A DNA stretch of 48,578 nt from Elusimicrobiota bacterium (GCA_046153645.1 JBJXGI010000101.1:1-48578), one strand, 5' to 3'; shown: positions 10,227 to 21,180, counted from the stretch's first letter. The notes: a model not told the origin generated them from the letters alone. Made by a program: numbers and translations.

Positions 10227-10700
10227 TTAGTTTGTTTTATCAGTAATAGCGAAGGAAAAAGTAGCTTCAGTCGCGGTTTCACCATTGACCTTACCAATCC
10301 CTTTCGCTTTTCCAGCGCGAGAGCCGGTCCGAAGCATTTCAATATGAAGTTCAAGAACATCACCGGGACCAACAGGTTTTCTAAATTTAACTTCTTCAAA
10401 TCCCATAAAAAAAGCCAATTTATTTTTCATCTGAGGAGTTGAGAACATCATAGCACACGCAGCTTGAGCCATTGCCTCAACAATCAAGACACCAGGCATA
10501 ATAGGATAACCGGGAAAGTGTCCACAAAAAAACTGTTCATTCATTGTTACACACTTTCGACCGATGCAAATCTTCCCTTCTTCAATAATATCTAAGCGAT
10601 CAATAAGTAAAAATGGAAAACGGTGCGGAATGGCATCCATAATTTGAGTTACGTTTAATGTCCTAACAGGAACGGGTTTAACTGTTGGTTGTGTTTCCAT
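10227..10700 (-). CDS. fabZ: 3-hydroxyacyl-ACP dehydratase
   Basis: IPHRFPFLLID, FFCGHFPGYPIMPGVLIVEAMAQ, FRKPVGPGD; SD GAGGAG. Confidence 0.97.
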   Translation of the reverse strand: METQPTVKPVPVRTLNVTQIMDAIPHRFPFLLIDRLDIIEEGKICIGRKCVTMNEQFFCGHFPGYPIMPGVLIVEAMAQAACAMMFSTPQMKNKLAFFMGFEEVKFRKPVGPGDVLELHIEMLRTGSRAGKAKGIGKVNGETATEATFSFAITDKTN

Positions 10701-10733
10701 AAAAATCTCCTCTAATGTGATATTAAAAAATCA

Positions 10734-10760
10734 GGTGTTTCTTTAGCATTTTGAGTGAAG
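10734..10760 (-). promoter_or_regulatory. Bipartite motif CTTCACTCAAAAT-N7-AAACACC upstream of fabZ (copy 1)
   Basis: The exact 13-mer plus 7-mer also occur upstream of bamA. Confidence 0.45.
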
Positions 10761-10774
10761 CGGAGAATGACGAC

Positions 10775-11632
10775 TTATGCTGAAGCGGTGGTTTTCTGAG
10801 AGTTGATCAATTGCTTTAAAAATTTCACATTATGACCATGCCCACAACGCAACGCTGTTATTTTTCCTTTTAAGGGTTTCCCCAACAACATCAAATCACC
10901 CATAAGATCTAAAATCTTATGACGTACAAATTCATTTTCAAAACGCAATTTGGCATCGGGGTTATAAATTCCTTCAGGTCCAATAACAATCGCATTATCT
11001 AAAGATCCGCCCTTAGCCAAACCATTTTTTTTAAGAGATTCAATTTCATAATCAAAACAAAATGTGCGTGCTGGCGCAATTTCTTTTGAATAATCATCTC
11101 CTCGAACAAAAGATTGTTTTTGATTTCTAATTAATGGATGGTCATATGATACTTCACAGTGAAGTTCAAAATGATCAGCGGGCTCAATCTTAATCAAAGT
11201 TTGGTTCGACTCATAAACAACAGGTTGATCGACACGAAAAAAATCTCTCTGTTTATTTTGTTTTTGAATCCCAGCTTTTTCAATCGCCTCAATAAAACCA
11301 ATTGCGCTTCCGTCTAAAATGGGAGGTTCATTTTCATTCATCTCAATAAGCAAGTTATCAATTTCAAGTCCATTAAGAGCCGAGAGAACATGTTCAATCG
11401 TATAAACCCGGCCTTCGCCCATTCCTAAGGTAGTCCCGCGAACAACATCGACAACACTATTAACATGTGCCAAAAATGATGGTTTCCCAGGCAAATCTGT
11501 TCTAACAAATTTGATTCCATGGTCTTCAGGGGCAGGAAAAAACTGAGCCACGCATTTACGACCAGTGTGCAAACCTACACCTTTGAGGGTCATAGGCGAA
11601 GCAATTGTTTGTTGAATATTCATTTCAATCAT
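10775..11632 (-). CDS. lpxC: UDP-3-O-acyl-GlcNAc deacetylase
   Basis: GVGLHTG, TIEHVLSAL, PILDGSA, IAPARTF, HKILDLMGDL, GHGHN. Confidence 0.97.
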   Translation of the reverse strand: MIEMNIQQTIASPMTLKGVGLHTGRKCVAQFFPAPEDHGIKFVRTDLPGKPSFLAHVNSVVDVVRGTTLGMGEGRVYTIEHVLSALNGLEIDNLLIEMNENEPPILDGSAIGFIEAIEKAGIQKQNKQRDFFRVDQPVVYESNQTLIKIEPADHFELHCEVSYDHPLIRNQKQSFVRGDDYSKEIAPARTFCFDYEIESLKKNGLAKGGSLDNAIVIGPEGIYNPDAKLRFENEFVRHKILDLMGDLMLLGKPLKGKITALRCGHGHNVKFLKQLINSQKTTASA

Positions 11633-12653
11633 TTTTCTTTAACATCGCTTTTATTTGTTTTATTTCTTTAAAAAGATCGGGAAGTTTTCTAATAAGAAAC
11701 ATCTGTCTTAAATTTTCTTGAATGGGTTGAGCGGGCGATCCAAATAAAACTGATCCTGCCTTTATATCCCCCATCACAGCGGATTGGCCCCCGACTTGAA
11801 CCCCATCACCAATATTCGCGTGATCTGCCACACCTACTTGACCAGCCAACACAACACCTGTCCCCAATTTAGTTGATCCTGCAATTCCAACCTGAGCAAC
11901 AATCAAACAATGTTGACCGATATCCACATTATGCGCAATTTGAACTAAATTATCGATTTTTGTTCCTTTGCGAACAATAGTGGACCCTGTGGTAGCGCGA
12001 TCAATGGTTGTGCAAGAACCAACTTCCACATCATCTTCTAAAATAACATTTCCAACCTGAGAAATTTTATTGTGTTTTCCGGAATCAAAAAAGAACCCAT
12101 ATCCATCAGAACCAATGACACAACCTGAATGAAGTAAACAATTCTTTCCAATGGTCACTTCTTCTCGAACAACAGATTGCGGATATAGCTTTGTCCCAGC
12201 GCCCAAAACTGACTTTTTTCCAATAAAATTTTGAGCCAAAAGCCGACAACCATCGCCAATCACAGCGCCATCTTCAATAACACAAAGTGGGCCGATAAAA
12301 ACATCTTTTCCTATTTGAGCAGTGGGTGAAACATAAGAAGTAGGGTGAACCCCAACAGGAGAACCATCTTTTTCTTTTTGAATAACCTCCAAAACCTGAG
12401 CAAAAGCTTTTAGCGGATTTTTAACCACAATAAGATTTAGATTTGATTGCTCAACTCCCATAGGAACAATCACACAACCTGCTTTCGTATTTTCTAAATT
12501 TTTTCGATTTACTATATCTTTCAAATCTTTAAGGAAGGAAATATCTGAGGGCTTAGCTTCTTTAAGTCCTGAAACTCCGGTTATTTTTAAGGCAGAATCC
12601 CCTTTCAATTCCCCTTGAAGAAAAAGAGCAATTTGCCCAAGCGACAATTCCAT
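11625..12653 (-). CDS. lpxD: UDP-3-O-(3-hydroxyacyl)glucosamine N-acyltransferase
   Basis: IGSDGYGF, TIDRAT, KIDNLVQIAHNV, QVGIAGS. Confidence 0.96.
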   Translation of the reverse strand: MELSLGQIALFLQGELKGDSALKITGVSGLKEAKPSDISFLKDLKDIVNRKNLENTKAGCVIVPMGVEQSNLNLIVVKNPLKAFAQVLEVIQKEKDGSPVGVHPTSYVSPTAQIGKDVFIGPLCVIEDGAVIGDGCRLLAQNFIGKKSVLGAGTKLYPQSVVREEVTIGKNCLLHSGCVIGSDGYGFFFDSGKHNKISQVGNVILEDDVEVGSCTTIDRATTGSTIVRKGTKIDNLVQIAHNVDIGQHCLIVAQVGIAGSTKLGTGVVLAGQVGVADHANIGDGVQVGGQSAVMGDIKAGSVLFGSPAQPIQENLRQMFLIRKLPDLFKEIKQIKAMLKKND

Positions 12654-13240
12654 TAAAATCCACGAACCTTCTCTTGTAGTTTTTGAGTTAAATCAATATT
12701 ACCAGAACCATAAAGGATAGACGATTTATCAACCACAATTGTTATTTGTTCCTCTTGAGCTAAATCCTTCAAAGCCTGATAAATTTTCCCTAAAATCATT
12801 TCACTCTGTTTACTTTCAAAAGCAGCAAGATCGTCATAGGCTTGTTTTCGCGTATCTTCATATTCAGCTTTTTTCTCATCAATTTGTTTTTTTAAATCAC
12901 TAATAGCTTGCGGTTGATCTTGTGGCGGAATAGCTGAACTTCCGGAAGTTAAATCTTTTAATGTTGATTCTAAAACAGATAAGCGCTTTTTTAATTCGCT
13001 AAGCTCATTTTCTTTATCAGCAATCTGTGATCGTTTTTTCTGAAGTTGCTTTGAATAATCTTCTTTGGCATTGGCGGTTTCAGGATATATTTGAAAAATT
13101 TTCTCCATATCAACATAACCAATAGAAGCCCCTTTTGAAACGGTCCCTGATTGTCCCGTTAGTGGAATCTCTAGGGAATAAAGAGTAATCGAAAAAAAAG
13201 TTAATAAGAAAAATGATGGCACCAAATGATTTTTCTTCAT
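12653..13240 (-). CDS. skp: OmpH/Skp periplasmic chaperone
   Basis: Signal peptide, IGYVDMEKI, coiled-coil body, ILYG..IDLT; lies between bamA and lpxD. Confidence 0.88.
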   Translation of the reverse strand: MKKNHLVPSFFLLTFFSITLYSLEIPLTGQSGTVSKGASIGYVDMEKIFQIYPETANAKEDYSKQLQKKRSQIADKENELSELKKRLSVLESTLKDLTSGSSAIPPQDQPQAISDLKKQIDEKKAEYEDTRKQAYDDLAAFESKQSEMILGKIYQALKDLAQEEQITIVVDKSSILYGSGNIDLTQKLQEKVRGF

Positions 13241-13264
13241 ATTTATCTCCTTTAGATAAAATTT

Positions 13265-15730
13265 CTAAAAAACGTTACCGATTGTAAAATAAGGCTGCAA
13301 ACCCTTGGAATCCCCTTGCCTTGTATCATCTGTTTTTCTTGGATTGAGCGGAATCCCAAAATCTAAACGAATAGGGAAAACAGGAGTTTTAAACCTAAAA
13401 CCAAACCCAACTCCAGCCTTCATACGATTATCCAACACCCCAGTTGTAAGATCAATATCTTTTGTTCTTAGCCAGGCCCCTCCAACATCCAAGAAAAAAG
13501 CCCCCTGGAAAATGGTCTTATTTCGTTCTTGAACAATAGGAAATTTGTATTCAGCATTAAATAAGGTCATAACACGCCCAGGAATTCTGCGCAGGTCAGA
13601 CTGACCAAATTCGTTTATCTCTTTTTCCCTAGGAACAATGGAGTTATTATCATATCCACGCACCGTATCGGCTCCCCCTAAAAAAAAGCGCTCAGAGGAA
13701 GGTACATCTTTAGAGGGAGAAAATGAATTAGCCCAAGCCATTCGACCACTCAAGGAAAAAACAAATTTCCAAAAAGTTGGAAAATACCAAGCCGTACTGA
13801 CTTGAGGCTTATAATAATGAATATCTCCGCCAAAAGGACCACCCGCCAATTCAACGGAAAAAGAATTGCGAGTTCCCCTTGTTGCATCAAACCGGTTATC
13901 ACGATTATCATAAGCCAATTCAGATAAATAACTCGATTTAACTTGAGAAATAGAATCGGTTTGCAGCGCATCGTCTTTGGGAATACCAAATGTCGGGAAT
14001 AAATCTTCTTTAATATTGGCGTCAACACCGTAAACTTCGGTTGTTTGAAGGGTATAAGAGAAAAGTAAACTTAAATCATCCGTTATACGTGGGCCAACTC
14101 GAAGAGAAGCTCCACGCTTTCGCTCTCGGAAGGAACTTCTAAAACCTGGAAAATCTCGAATTCGCACAGTATTGAAAAGATCAACTCCACCTGACATTTT
14201 ATATCCTAAAAACCATGGATCAGTCCAACCGATCTCAAAATTTTGACGTCTGGCACCAAATTCATAAGTTAAATCTAAACGCTGCGCTTTCCCAAATAAA
14301 TTTGTGTGTTGAACTTGCAGTGAACCAACAAATCGATCCACACTAGAAAAACCGGCTCCCGCGGAAAAAACACCTGGCTTACCCTCTTTTACAGAAAAAA
14401 TAATATCGGCCAAACTCGGGTCGCGAGGTTGCTGAACATCAACCTGAACATCTTCAAGAAACCCCAAATTATAAATCTTCTCAACAGATCGGCGCATACG
14501 GCTGGCAGCAAAAACATCTCCGGGCTTAAGTAAAACTTCTCTTTTAATAACATATTCTTTCGTATAAGTATTTCCATCGACATAAATTCCGTCAACATAA
14601 ACCACCGAACTTTCAGCAATTTTAACGTTAAAATCAACCTTTCCTTTCTCAACATTCCTATTAGGATCTGCAACAACTTATGTTCTCAGGTACCCCTTAT
14701 CCGCGTACAAAGTAGAAATATTAGCCACCGTCTCATCTAACTTGATTTGTTGAAACAACGTCCCCTTTTTAACCACAACAGCCTTACGAAGTTCTTTTTC
14801 AGTAAAAAGAGTCGCTCCTTCAAAACTAACGTCTCCAATTTTATATTCGGACCCTTCCACAACAGATAGAGACAGCGACGCTTCATTTTTTTCTTGATTA
14901 ATAATTACATTAGGAGAAGAAATTTCAACATCTAAAAACCCTTTATTTTTATAAAAAGCCAATAATTTCATTTGATCTTGGCTGAGGGTTTCTTCTTTGT
15001 ATACTTTTTTTCGTCGGGTTTTCATTTTTCCAATAAGCGCTTTTTCTGAAAAATTCTTAGAACCTAACACGCTCAAATTCCGAACCATAATTCGTTCACC
15101 TTCGATAATGAAAAAAGTCAAAATAAGTTTCTTATTTTTATCATCTATAGATGTATAGTGTTCCACCTTCGCATTGGCATAACCTTCATCTCGATAATAT
15201 TCAAGAATGGTCCTTTCATCTAAGGCGGCTTTAAATCGGTCAAAGGGATCGCCCTCTTTAGATTGAATTTTTTCTATAAAAACAGATGAACGAACTTTCC
15301 GGTTGCCCTTATAATCAATCCTCTTAGTAATGGCTCTCTCACTTACAATGAAGACAACTTTCCCTTGTTTACGAGCTTTCGAATCGGGAATATTCATTTC
15401 TTCTATTTCTACTGAAACATCATCAAAATCGCCTGTTTCAAAAAGAATTTTTACATCACCCTGTAATTTTTTCCGATCTAAAATTTGATCACGCTTGGTT
15501 TTTATTTTTCTTTCTAAAGAACGTGATTTATTTAGAGTATTTCCTCTGAATTCAATATCGCCAACTATTTGTTTTTCTGCGTCTTGAGCAGTTCCTGTTG
15601 TGCTTGGCGAGTGTGAATTCTTTTCAATATTTCTGGGAGATATTTCTTGAGAAAAAACAGGAACTAAAATGAAAAGATAGGAGAATAAAAACCCCTTAAA
15701 AAACTGGGAACGATTTATTTTAAATTGCAT
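13265..15730 (-). CDS. bamA: Outer membrane protein assembly factor BamA, interrupted by one in-frame TAA at 14678-14680
   Basis: Track ORFs 14678..15730 and 13265..14605 share a frame: ...KGYLRT*VVADPNRNVEKGKVDFNVKIAESSVVYVDGIYVDGN...; five POTRA domains, VRGY loop-6 motif, C-terminal FTIGNVF. Confidence 0.92.
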
Positions 15731-15748
15731 GATAGGGCTTTTATAGAT

Positions 15749-15786
15749 GGTGTTTTCATTTTAATTTTGAGTGAAGGATTATAACA
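15749..15786 (-). promoter_or_regulatory. Extended -10 promoter (TGtTATAAT, 15778-15786) of bamA followed by copy 2 of the bipartite motif (CTTCACTCAAAAT-N8-AAACACC)
   Basis: Perfect TGnTATAAT in the tamB-bamA intergenic region; motif shared with the fabZ upstream region. Confidence 0.6.
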
Positions 15787-15800
15787 AATAAAAGATTGGG

Positions 15801-18800
15801 TTATTTCGTTTGAGAACTAGTTTTGTTTTGAATATTTTCATTCAAATTTGTTTGAGTTTTAACTTTTGGAAGGCCAAATCTCCATTGATTTTCAATAAGC
15901 GCGCGTCGGTCAGGTGATCGGCCTAAAGTACGTGCCGTATCCAATTCACTGATTCCTCTTAAAAAAAAATTACGATGAATCCTATAAGCCAATTCGACCT
16001 CATGTCTTAGATCAAACTGGTTGTTTAATTCATCAACTCGAAAACTATAGTCAGCAAATAATCTGTCGGTGATTTCTCTGCCAAATTTAACTTTTGTCCC
16101 TTTTGCGTATCGGAGAAATTGATTTTGCGTAATATTATTATTTGTTGATGCTGTTGGCTCAGTGGGGTTAAATTCTTGATCAGCCAACGGGTCTTTTTCC
16201 TGATAAGAAACCCGGATAAAATCAACCAATCCTGTGTTTTTTGCTAATGCACGGGCCAATGGAGATGCTAAACTGGAATCTAACAATTGAACCAAACCCA
16301 AACGCAACATTGTGTCATTACTGAATTGACTCTTCTGTTGTTGATCTCTTTGCTCGGGTAATAACAAACTATTTTCAATAGGGTCCGACATAGGAATTCC
16401 CAGCGCAAGTTTCAAAGCTCGCTCAGAAGATAAACTGGGATTGTTTTTAGAAATAAAACGAGGTTCAATTTCCCCTAACTGAGCTCGGCCCACAACCATG
16501 GTTATAACGTCTTGATTATTTCCACCATAAGGATCTGTGTAATAAATTTCTTTTTGAGCTTTTGCTTTTAAATAAACAATATTCGTAGCTGGCGATGAGG
16601 TAGAAATATCAACTTTTGAATCAATCAATTCCAAGGTGGCATCAATAATTTGAAATTCACTACCGCCATAAACAATCGCACCCTGTGTTGTGTTGATTTG
16701 ACCGACAACGGAAATACCGGGAGAATTTCCTTTTATTCGAATTTTCCCTTTAACGCTAGAATCAACCCGATCATTTTGATACCAAGTTTTATTTCCCGTT
16801 AAAAGTGTAAAATCCCAATTTACTTCTTGCTTAAATGAATCCCACCATTTTGAAAGAAATGAACTCTCTGCAGAACCACGATTTTTTTCTTGAGGTGGAT
16901 ATGTAAACACAGTATCTTCCAAAATAATTTCGCCCCCGAGTTGAGGCGATTGTGCCGGCCCCTTAAGAAAAAGGGCTAAACGAGGTTTCCCTCTCGAAAC
17001 ACCTGCCAGCTTTCGATTGAATAAACTAATTTTACTCAAGAGCGGACCTGGGGCAATGGCTAACTCAGGGATCCGGATATCAATTCCATTGTCTCCTATT
17101 GAGTTAAGTGTCAAATTATAATTTACAGGAGTTGTCCCAATGAAATCAACGGATCCGCCAAGTTCAATATTACCAGTACCAATTTGAGCGCTCCCAGACT
17201 CAACAGATAAATAATTATTTTGTAAACGAAGAGATAATTCACCTTTTTTTAAAGATGTTGTGTAATCAGACTCAAGATAAATTTTATCGGCTTTTAAAAA
17301 CCCATCAATAACACGCTTTCCTTGCTTCATGCCGACAAAAATATTTCCATTAAAATTTCCTTTTGATTTGGAGCAAGCCGACCAAATATCCTGAAGAATT
17401 CCAAGATTCCCTTTTTCGATGCTTAAAGAAATTTCAGGATCTGGAATAGGGTCATTATTATTCAAGTTGATTCCTAATTTTAAATTTCCTGAAACCAGAT
17501 AACCATCATTCTTGGTAACTTTTAAATTTTCTAATTTCAGAGAGTTTCCCTGAATGTCAATTATGGCCTTGGCCTCATCTAAAGGGAATAACGCAATCTT
17601 CCCCTTATTCCATGCAACATTTCCTTTTAGATGCGGTTTTAATTTAGATCCACTTCCCTTAATCTCAAAATTCATGGGACCAGAGACCGGCCAATTGGTA
17701 TCAAAAATACTACGAATAAAATTGGCATCAATCCCATTGCCCACCAAATCAAAATCCCATTTTGGAGAACCAACATATCCATTTAATTGAATTTTACTTT
17801 GACCTTTCTCTAAAAATCTAAAATCACTAACCCGAATATCCGGATAATCCTTATAAAAAACAGCACCACTTAGTTCAATACCGGAACCCGGAATCGGGAT
17901 CAACGTTAATCGACCGGGGAAAAGTTGTAAACGAGTGACACTCCCCTCCAAATAAAATTGATTAACCCATAATCCTCGAGCAAAAACATCCAATTCTATA
18001 GGTGAAGTGGAGCCATTTATGTTTTTTGTTTTATCCCAATTACCGATTATTTCAACTCCCCCAAATAGAGTTAAAATACCAGCTTTTAAATTTCTTGCAT
18101 CTGCTAAGACATGAATCTTCCCAGTTCTATTTTTATCTAAATAAACCATACTTCCAGGGCGTAATTGAGCAAAACCTTCTCCGATTGTCACTCTTATATC
18201 CGAAATATCCCAATCTTTATTTTTTCCAATCACTTTACCTGACAAGCGACCTTCTTTTTTGAAAGGCCCAAAACCATCATGGCGACCATCAAAAGCGATA
18301 GAAATTTCTTTTGCAGTTGAACTTCCCTTCATTTCAAATTTGGCATTGGTCTCTCCATCCCAACGGATGGGCCATTCCAACAAATGAGCAACTGAATTGA
18401 GAGTCAAATGAGCTCCCGCCCCTTCAAGAGCCAATTTCAAAATTCCCGACTCAGACACAACCCCTGACAGAAATATTTCACCACCAGAACCCAAAAGCAC
18501 TTTCGCCCCTTCAATACTAATCGTCGAATGATTCACTTGCATAAGCAAATCTAAATTCACTTCTTCATTTCTCCACAATAATTTAGGAGACGTCACATGC
18601 AGTTTTATTTGTGGGTTTTCACTCACCCCCGAAATGAAAGACTCAACCACCGCTGAACCTTTTGGGAGGACCATCTTTGTTTCAGAGCGTGTTAATTTAG
18701 TTAAGAGATCATCAACTTCTTTTATTTGAGAGGAAAAATTTCCGCTTATTTTCTTGGAAATTCGATTTAAATGAAAATTAAAAAAAGTTTCAGCGTTGGC

Positions 18801-21173
18801 TTTTGCGGACACTCTTAAAGATGAAATTCCAAGGTCTACTTTTGCTTTTAGATCTTCCCATTGATAATCATTTATCCAAAACAAAGGGGCACTTAAATCA
18901 GTTGTCAGTGTTTTACGCGCAAAATCAAAAATTCCACGCCCCTTTATTTCGCCATCAAAAAACAAAAAATCGGTTCCCATTCGTTGAGATTGCAACAAAA
19001 CATCAAAATTTATTTTTTTATCGATTATTTTTCCGTTCCCTGAAAGAGCTAAAGACTTATTTTCTGAAAGGAGCGAAAAATTATTCAGTGAAATCTGATT
19101 TCCTTTTAAATTCGCGGAAAAGGTGACTTCATCAAACGTTTTTCCACCAACACTCCCATTTAAAATAGAAAAAGTCGAAACACCAACGGAAGCCTCATCT
19201 TCTAATTTTAAGTAGCATCCGCCATTTAGAACTCCATTAACAGAAAGAGTGGATTTAAAGATCTCAAAGATAAAACGAGGGTTGGCATCAATAAAATTGA
19301 TATTAATTTTTGATTGTTTTTTTTCTTTTAAGTACGCGAAATCACCTACATAACCTTCACTTAATTTTATTTCTGTTAAGGACAGACTTTGAGGAGTCCA
19401 ATTTAGCTTTGTTTTTCCTTGCCAAATATTACCATCCTTAAGAAGTCTTACATCTGAAAACTGCGTTGATAAACTTAGATTTGGGTTTTGAATAGAACCT
19501 TCGACTTTTCCACCAAAATCGACTTGACCACTAATATCCGGGAATCGACTTACCAAAGGAGGCCATACATCTGGGGGAATCCCACGACCATTCACAAAAA
19601 CATTAATTAAATTATCCACGAAGTTAACATCCCCATTCATTTCTAATCGTGAATTATTCCCTAAATTAATATGCGCGTCTTGGATCTGCAAATTATTTTT
19701 ATTTCTATTCACAAACACATCAAAAGCGTCATTTTCAGTCACTAAACTTAAACTATTGTTTTTTATTTTTATGAGACCTGAGTAGGTCTCCTCATTTCGA
19801 AATCGTCCCCATCTAAATTGTTTTAGCGAGAACTGTCCACGCGCATCAAACTGATCCTCATTTTGATAAGAAAGTATGCTGGCATCAAAAACGCCATCCA
19901 CATTTCCCCAACCATTTAATCCCGCAAAACCCGATAAATCGAGACCTTGAATATTGACTTTAATAGGTTGGTGATTTCCTTCATAGACAGGAATTTCTGC
20001 AGTTATTTTGGCCTTAGAGGAATGAGCGTCAATTTTTAAACTTTTATTATTAAATGAAACTGCTCCTCCTAAAGAAGGAAAACGAATTCCTCGAGCGAAA
20101 GAATTAATTAAAAAATCCCCAATGAAAATGGGGTTTTTGATCTCTCCTTTAACAGATCCGTTGAAATCACATAAGATAGGTGTTTCTTCTTTTTCTTCAG
20201 CATTTTCACGAGGTTCAAAAAGCAGATTATCAATGTTAACCGATTCACCGCGTAAGGTTAAATCCATAACAGCATTTTTAAAGGGATTATTAATCTTTCC
20301 ACGAATATTCATACTTCTTGCAATATTGAAATTTTCAATTTCTAGTGCAGACGGGACCAACTGAACTTTCCCCTGAATGGGAAGAAAAGTTTTAGAAAAA
20401 GGTGATCGAATAAAAAGTTTTTCAGATTTGAAAATCGCTTTATACGAAAGGTTTTCAAAACCAGAAAATCCAACCCCAGTAGCATGAGAATCCACAGAAA
20501 AAAAACCTTTTAAATATTTCAAAGTATTTTCTTCTTGGAAAAATGTTTTCATCGATTCAATAGCAATTGATTTTGCCTTAAGAGTCGCTTCCCAGTTTTG
20601 ATTGGTATTAATAATTCCTGATAGTTTATATTCACCTAAAACACCTGAAAACATCTGAAGCGTTCCTTTCGCTGAAGTTGTATTTAAATCTATAGTTCCA
20701 GTTACTTTCCTTAAGTTATCTGAATACTGATCAGATATAAGATTTAAAGAAGAATTTTCAATTTCAAATCGAAGAGGATATGGGGTAGAAAAAAAAGTAA
20801 ATTCATTTTTTTTGGGTGTTCTAAATAAATCAAAATCGATATCGCCAATAAGCTCAGATATGAGGATTTTAAATACAGGATACCGACCTGAAAAAAAAGG
20901 CAAAGAATTCCAAGGTTGAAAAGATAAGCGGATTTTTTTTATGGAAGCAGAAGCAGGACTTCTTATAACGACATCATGGAAATTTAAGGCGTTTAAAAAA
21001 TTAGTAGAAACTTTTCCGACAGTAACAGTTAACCCAAATCTATCTTGAGCATTTTTTTCAACCAAAGATCCAGCAAAACGATTAAATAAAAAACCCATCG
21101 CCAACCATATGAAGATGGCGATGGGCAATGCAGCTTTAGTAAGTCTTTTAGTAGCTTTCCAGAATCGAGACAT
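15801..21173 (-). CDS. tamB: TamB/AsmA-like translocation and assembly module protein
   Basis: 1790 aa, N-terminal TM anchor, beta-strand repeats, DUF490-like C-terminus, directly upstream of bamA. Confidence 0.75.
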   Translation of the reverse strand: MSRFWKATKRLTKAALPIAIFIWLAMGFLFNRFAGSLVEKNAQDRFGLTVTVGKVSTNFLNALNFHDVVIRSPASASIKKIRLSFQPWNSLPFFSGRYPVFKILISELIGDIDFDLFRTPKKNEFTFFSTPYPLRFEIENSSLNLISDQYSDNLRKVTGTIDLNTTSAKGTLQMFSGVLGEYKLSGIINTNQNWEATLKAKSIAIESMKTFFQEENTLKYLKGFFSVDSHATGVGFSGFENLSYKAIFKSEKLFIRSPFSKTFLPIQGKVQLVPSALEIENFNIARSMNIRGKINNPFKNAVMDLTLRGESVNIDNLLFEPRENAEEKEETPILCDFNGSVKGEIKNPIFIGDFLINSFARGIRFPSLGGAVSFNNKSLKIDAHSSKAKITAEIPVYEGNHQPIKVNIQGLDLSGFAGLNGWGNVDGVFDASILSYQNEDQFDARGQFSLKQFRWGRFRNEETYSGLIKIKNNSLSLVTENDAFDVFVNRNKNNLQIQDAHINLGNNSRLEMNGDVNFVDNLINVFVNGRGIPPDVWPPLVSRFPDISGQVDFGGKVEGSIQNPNLSLSTQFSDVRLLKDGNIWQGKTKLNWTPQSLSLTEIKLSEGYVGDFAYLKEKKQSKININFIDANPRFIFEIFKSTLSVNGVLNGGCYLKLEDEASVGVSTFSILNGSVGGKTFDEVTFSANLKGNQISLNNFSLLSENKSLALSGNGKIIDKKINFDVLLQSQRMGTDFLFFDGEIKGRGIFDFARKTLTTDLSAPLFWINDYQWEDLKAKVDLGISSLRVSAKANAETFFNFHLNRISKKISGNFSSQIKEVDDLLTKLTRSETKMVLPKGSAVVESFISGVSENPQIKLHVTSPKLLWRNEEVNLDLLMQVNHSTISIEGAKVLLGSGGEIFLSGVVSESGILKLALEGAGAHLTLNSVAHLLEWPIRWDGETNAKFEMKGSSTAKEISIAFDGRHDGFGPFKKEGRLSGKVIGKNKDWDISDIRVTIGEGFAQLRPGSMVYLDKNRTGKIHVLADARNLKAGILTLFGGVEIIGNWDKTKNINGSTSPIELDVFARGLWVNQFYLEGSVTRLQLFPGRLTLIPIPGSGIELSGAVFYKDYPDIRVSDFRFLEKGQSKIQLNGYVGSPKWDFDLVGNGIDANFIRSIFDTNWPVSGPMNFEIKGSGSKLKPHLKGNVAWNKGKIALFPLDEAKAIIDIQGNSLKLENLKVTKNDGYLVSGNLKLGINLNNNDPIPDPEISLSIEKGNLGILQDIWSACSKSKGNFNGNIFVGMKQGKRVIDGFLKADKIYLESDYTTSLKKGELSLRLQNNYLSVESGSAQIGTGNIELGGSVDFIGTTPVNYNLTLNSIGDNGIDIRIPELAIAPGPLLSKISLFNRKLAGVSRGKPRLALFLKGPAQSPQLGGEIILEDTVFTYPPQEKNRGSAESSFLSKWWDSFKQEVNWDFTLLTGNKTWYQNDRVDSSVKGKIRIKGNSPGISVVGQINTTQGAIVYGGSEFQIIDATLELIDSKVDISTSSPATNIVYLKAKAQKEIYYTDPYGGNNQDVITMVVGRAQLGEIEPRFISKNNPSLSSERALKLALGIPMSDPIENSLLLPEQRDQQQKSQFSNDTMLRLGLVQLLDSSLASPLARALAKNTGLVDFIRVSYQEKDPLADQEFNPTEPTASTNNNITQNQFLRYAKGTKVKFGREITDRLFADYSFRVDELNNQFDLRHEVELAYRIHRNFFLRGISELDTARTLGRSPDRRALIENQWRFGLPKVKTQTNLNENIQNKTSSQTK

Positions 21174-21180
21174 AGAGGTA

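Noticed and set aside
10700..10777. LpxC-FabZ fusion by read-through
   Set aside because: The 74-bp gap is out of frame and fabZ has its own SD.
14678..14680. Genome-wide TAA reassignment (alternative genetic code)
   Set aside because: TAA is the normal stop of many intact genes here (for example thiS, lpxC, clpC, metH), and only one gene is interrupted.
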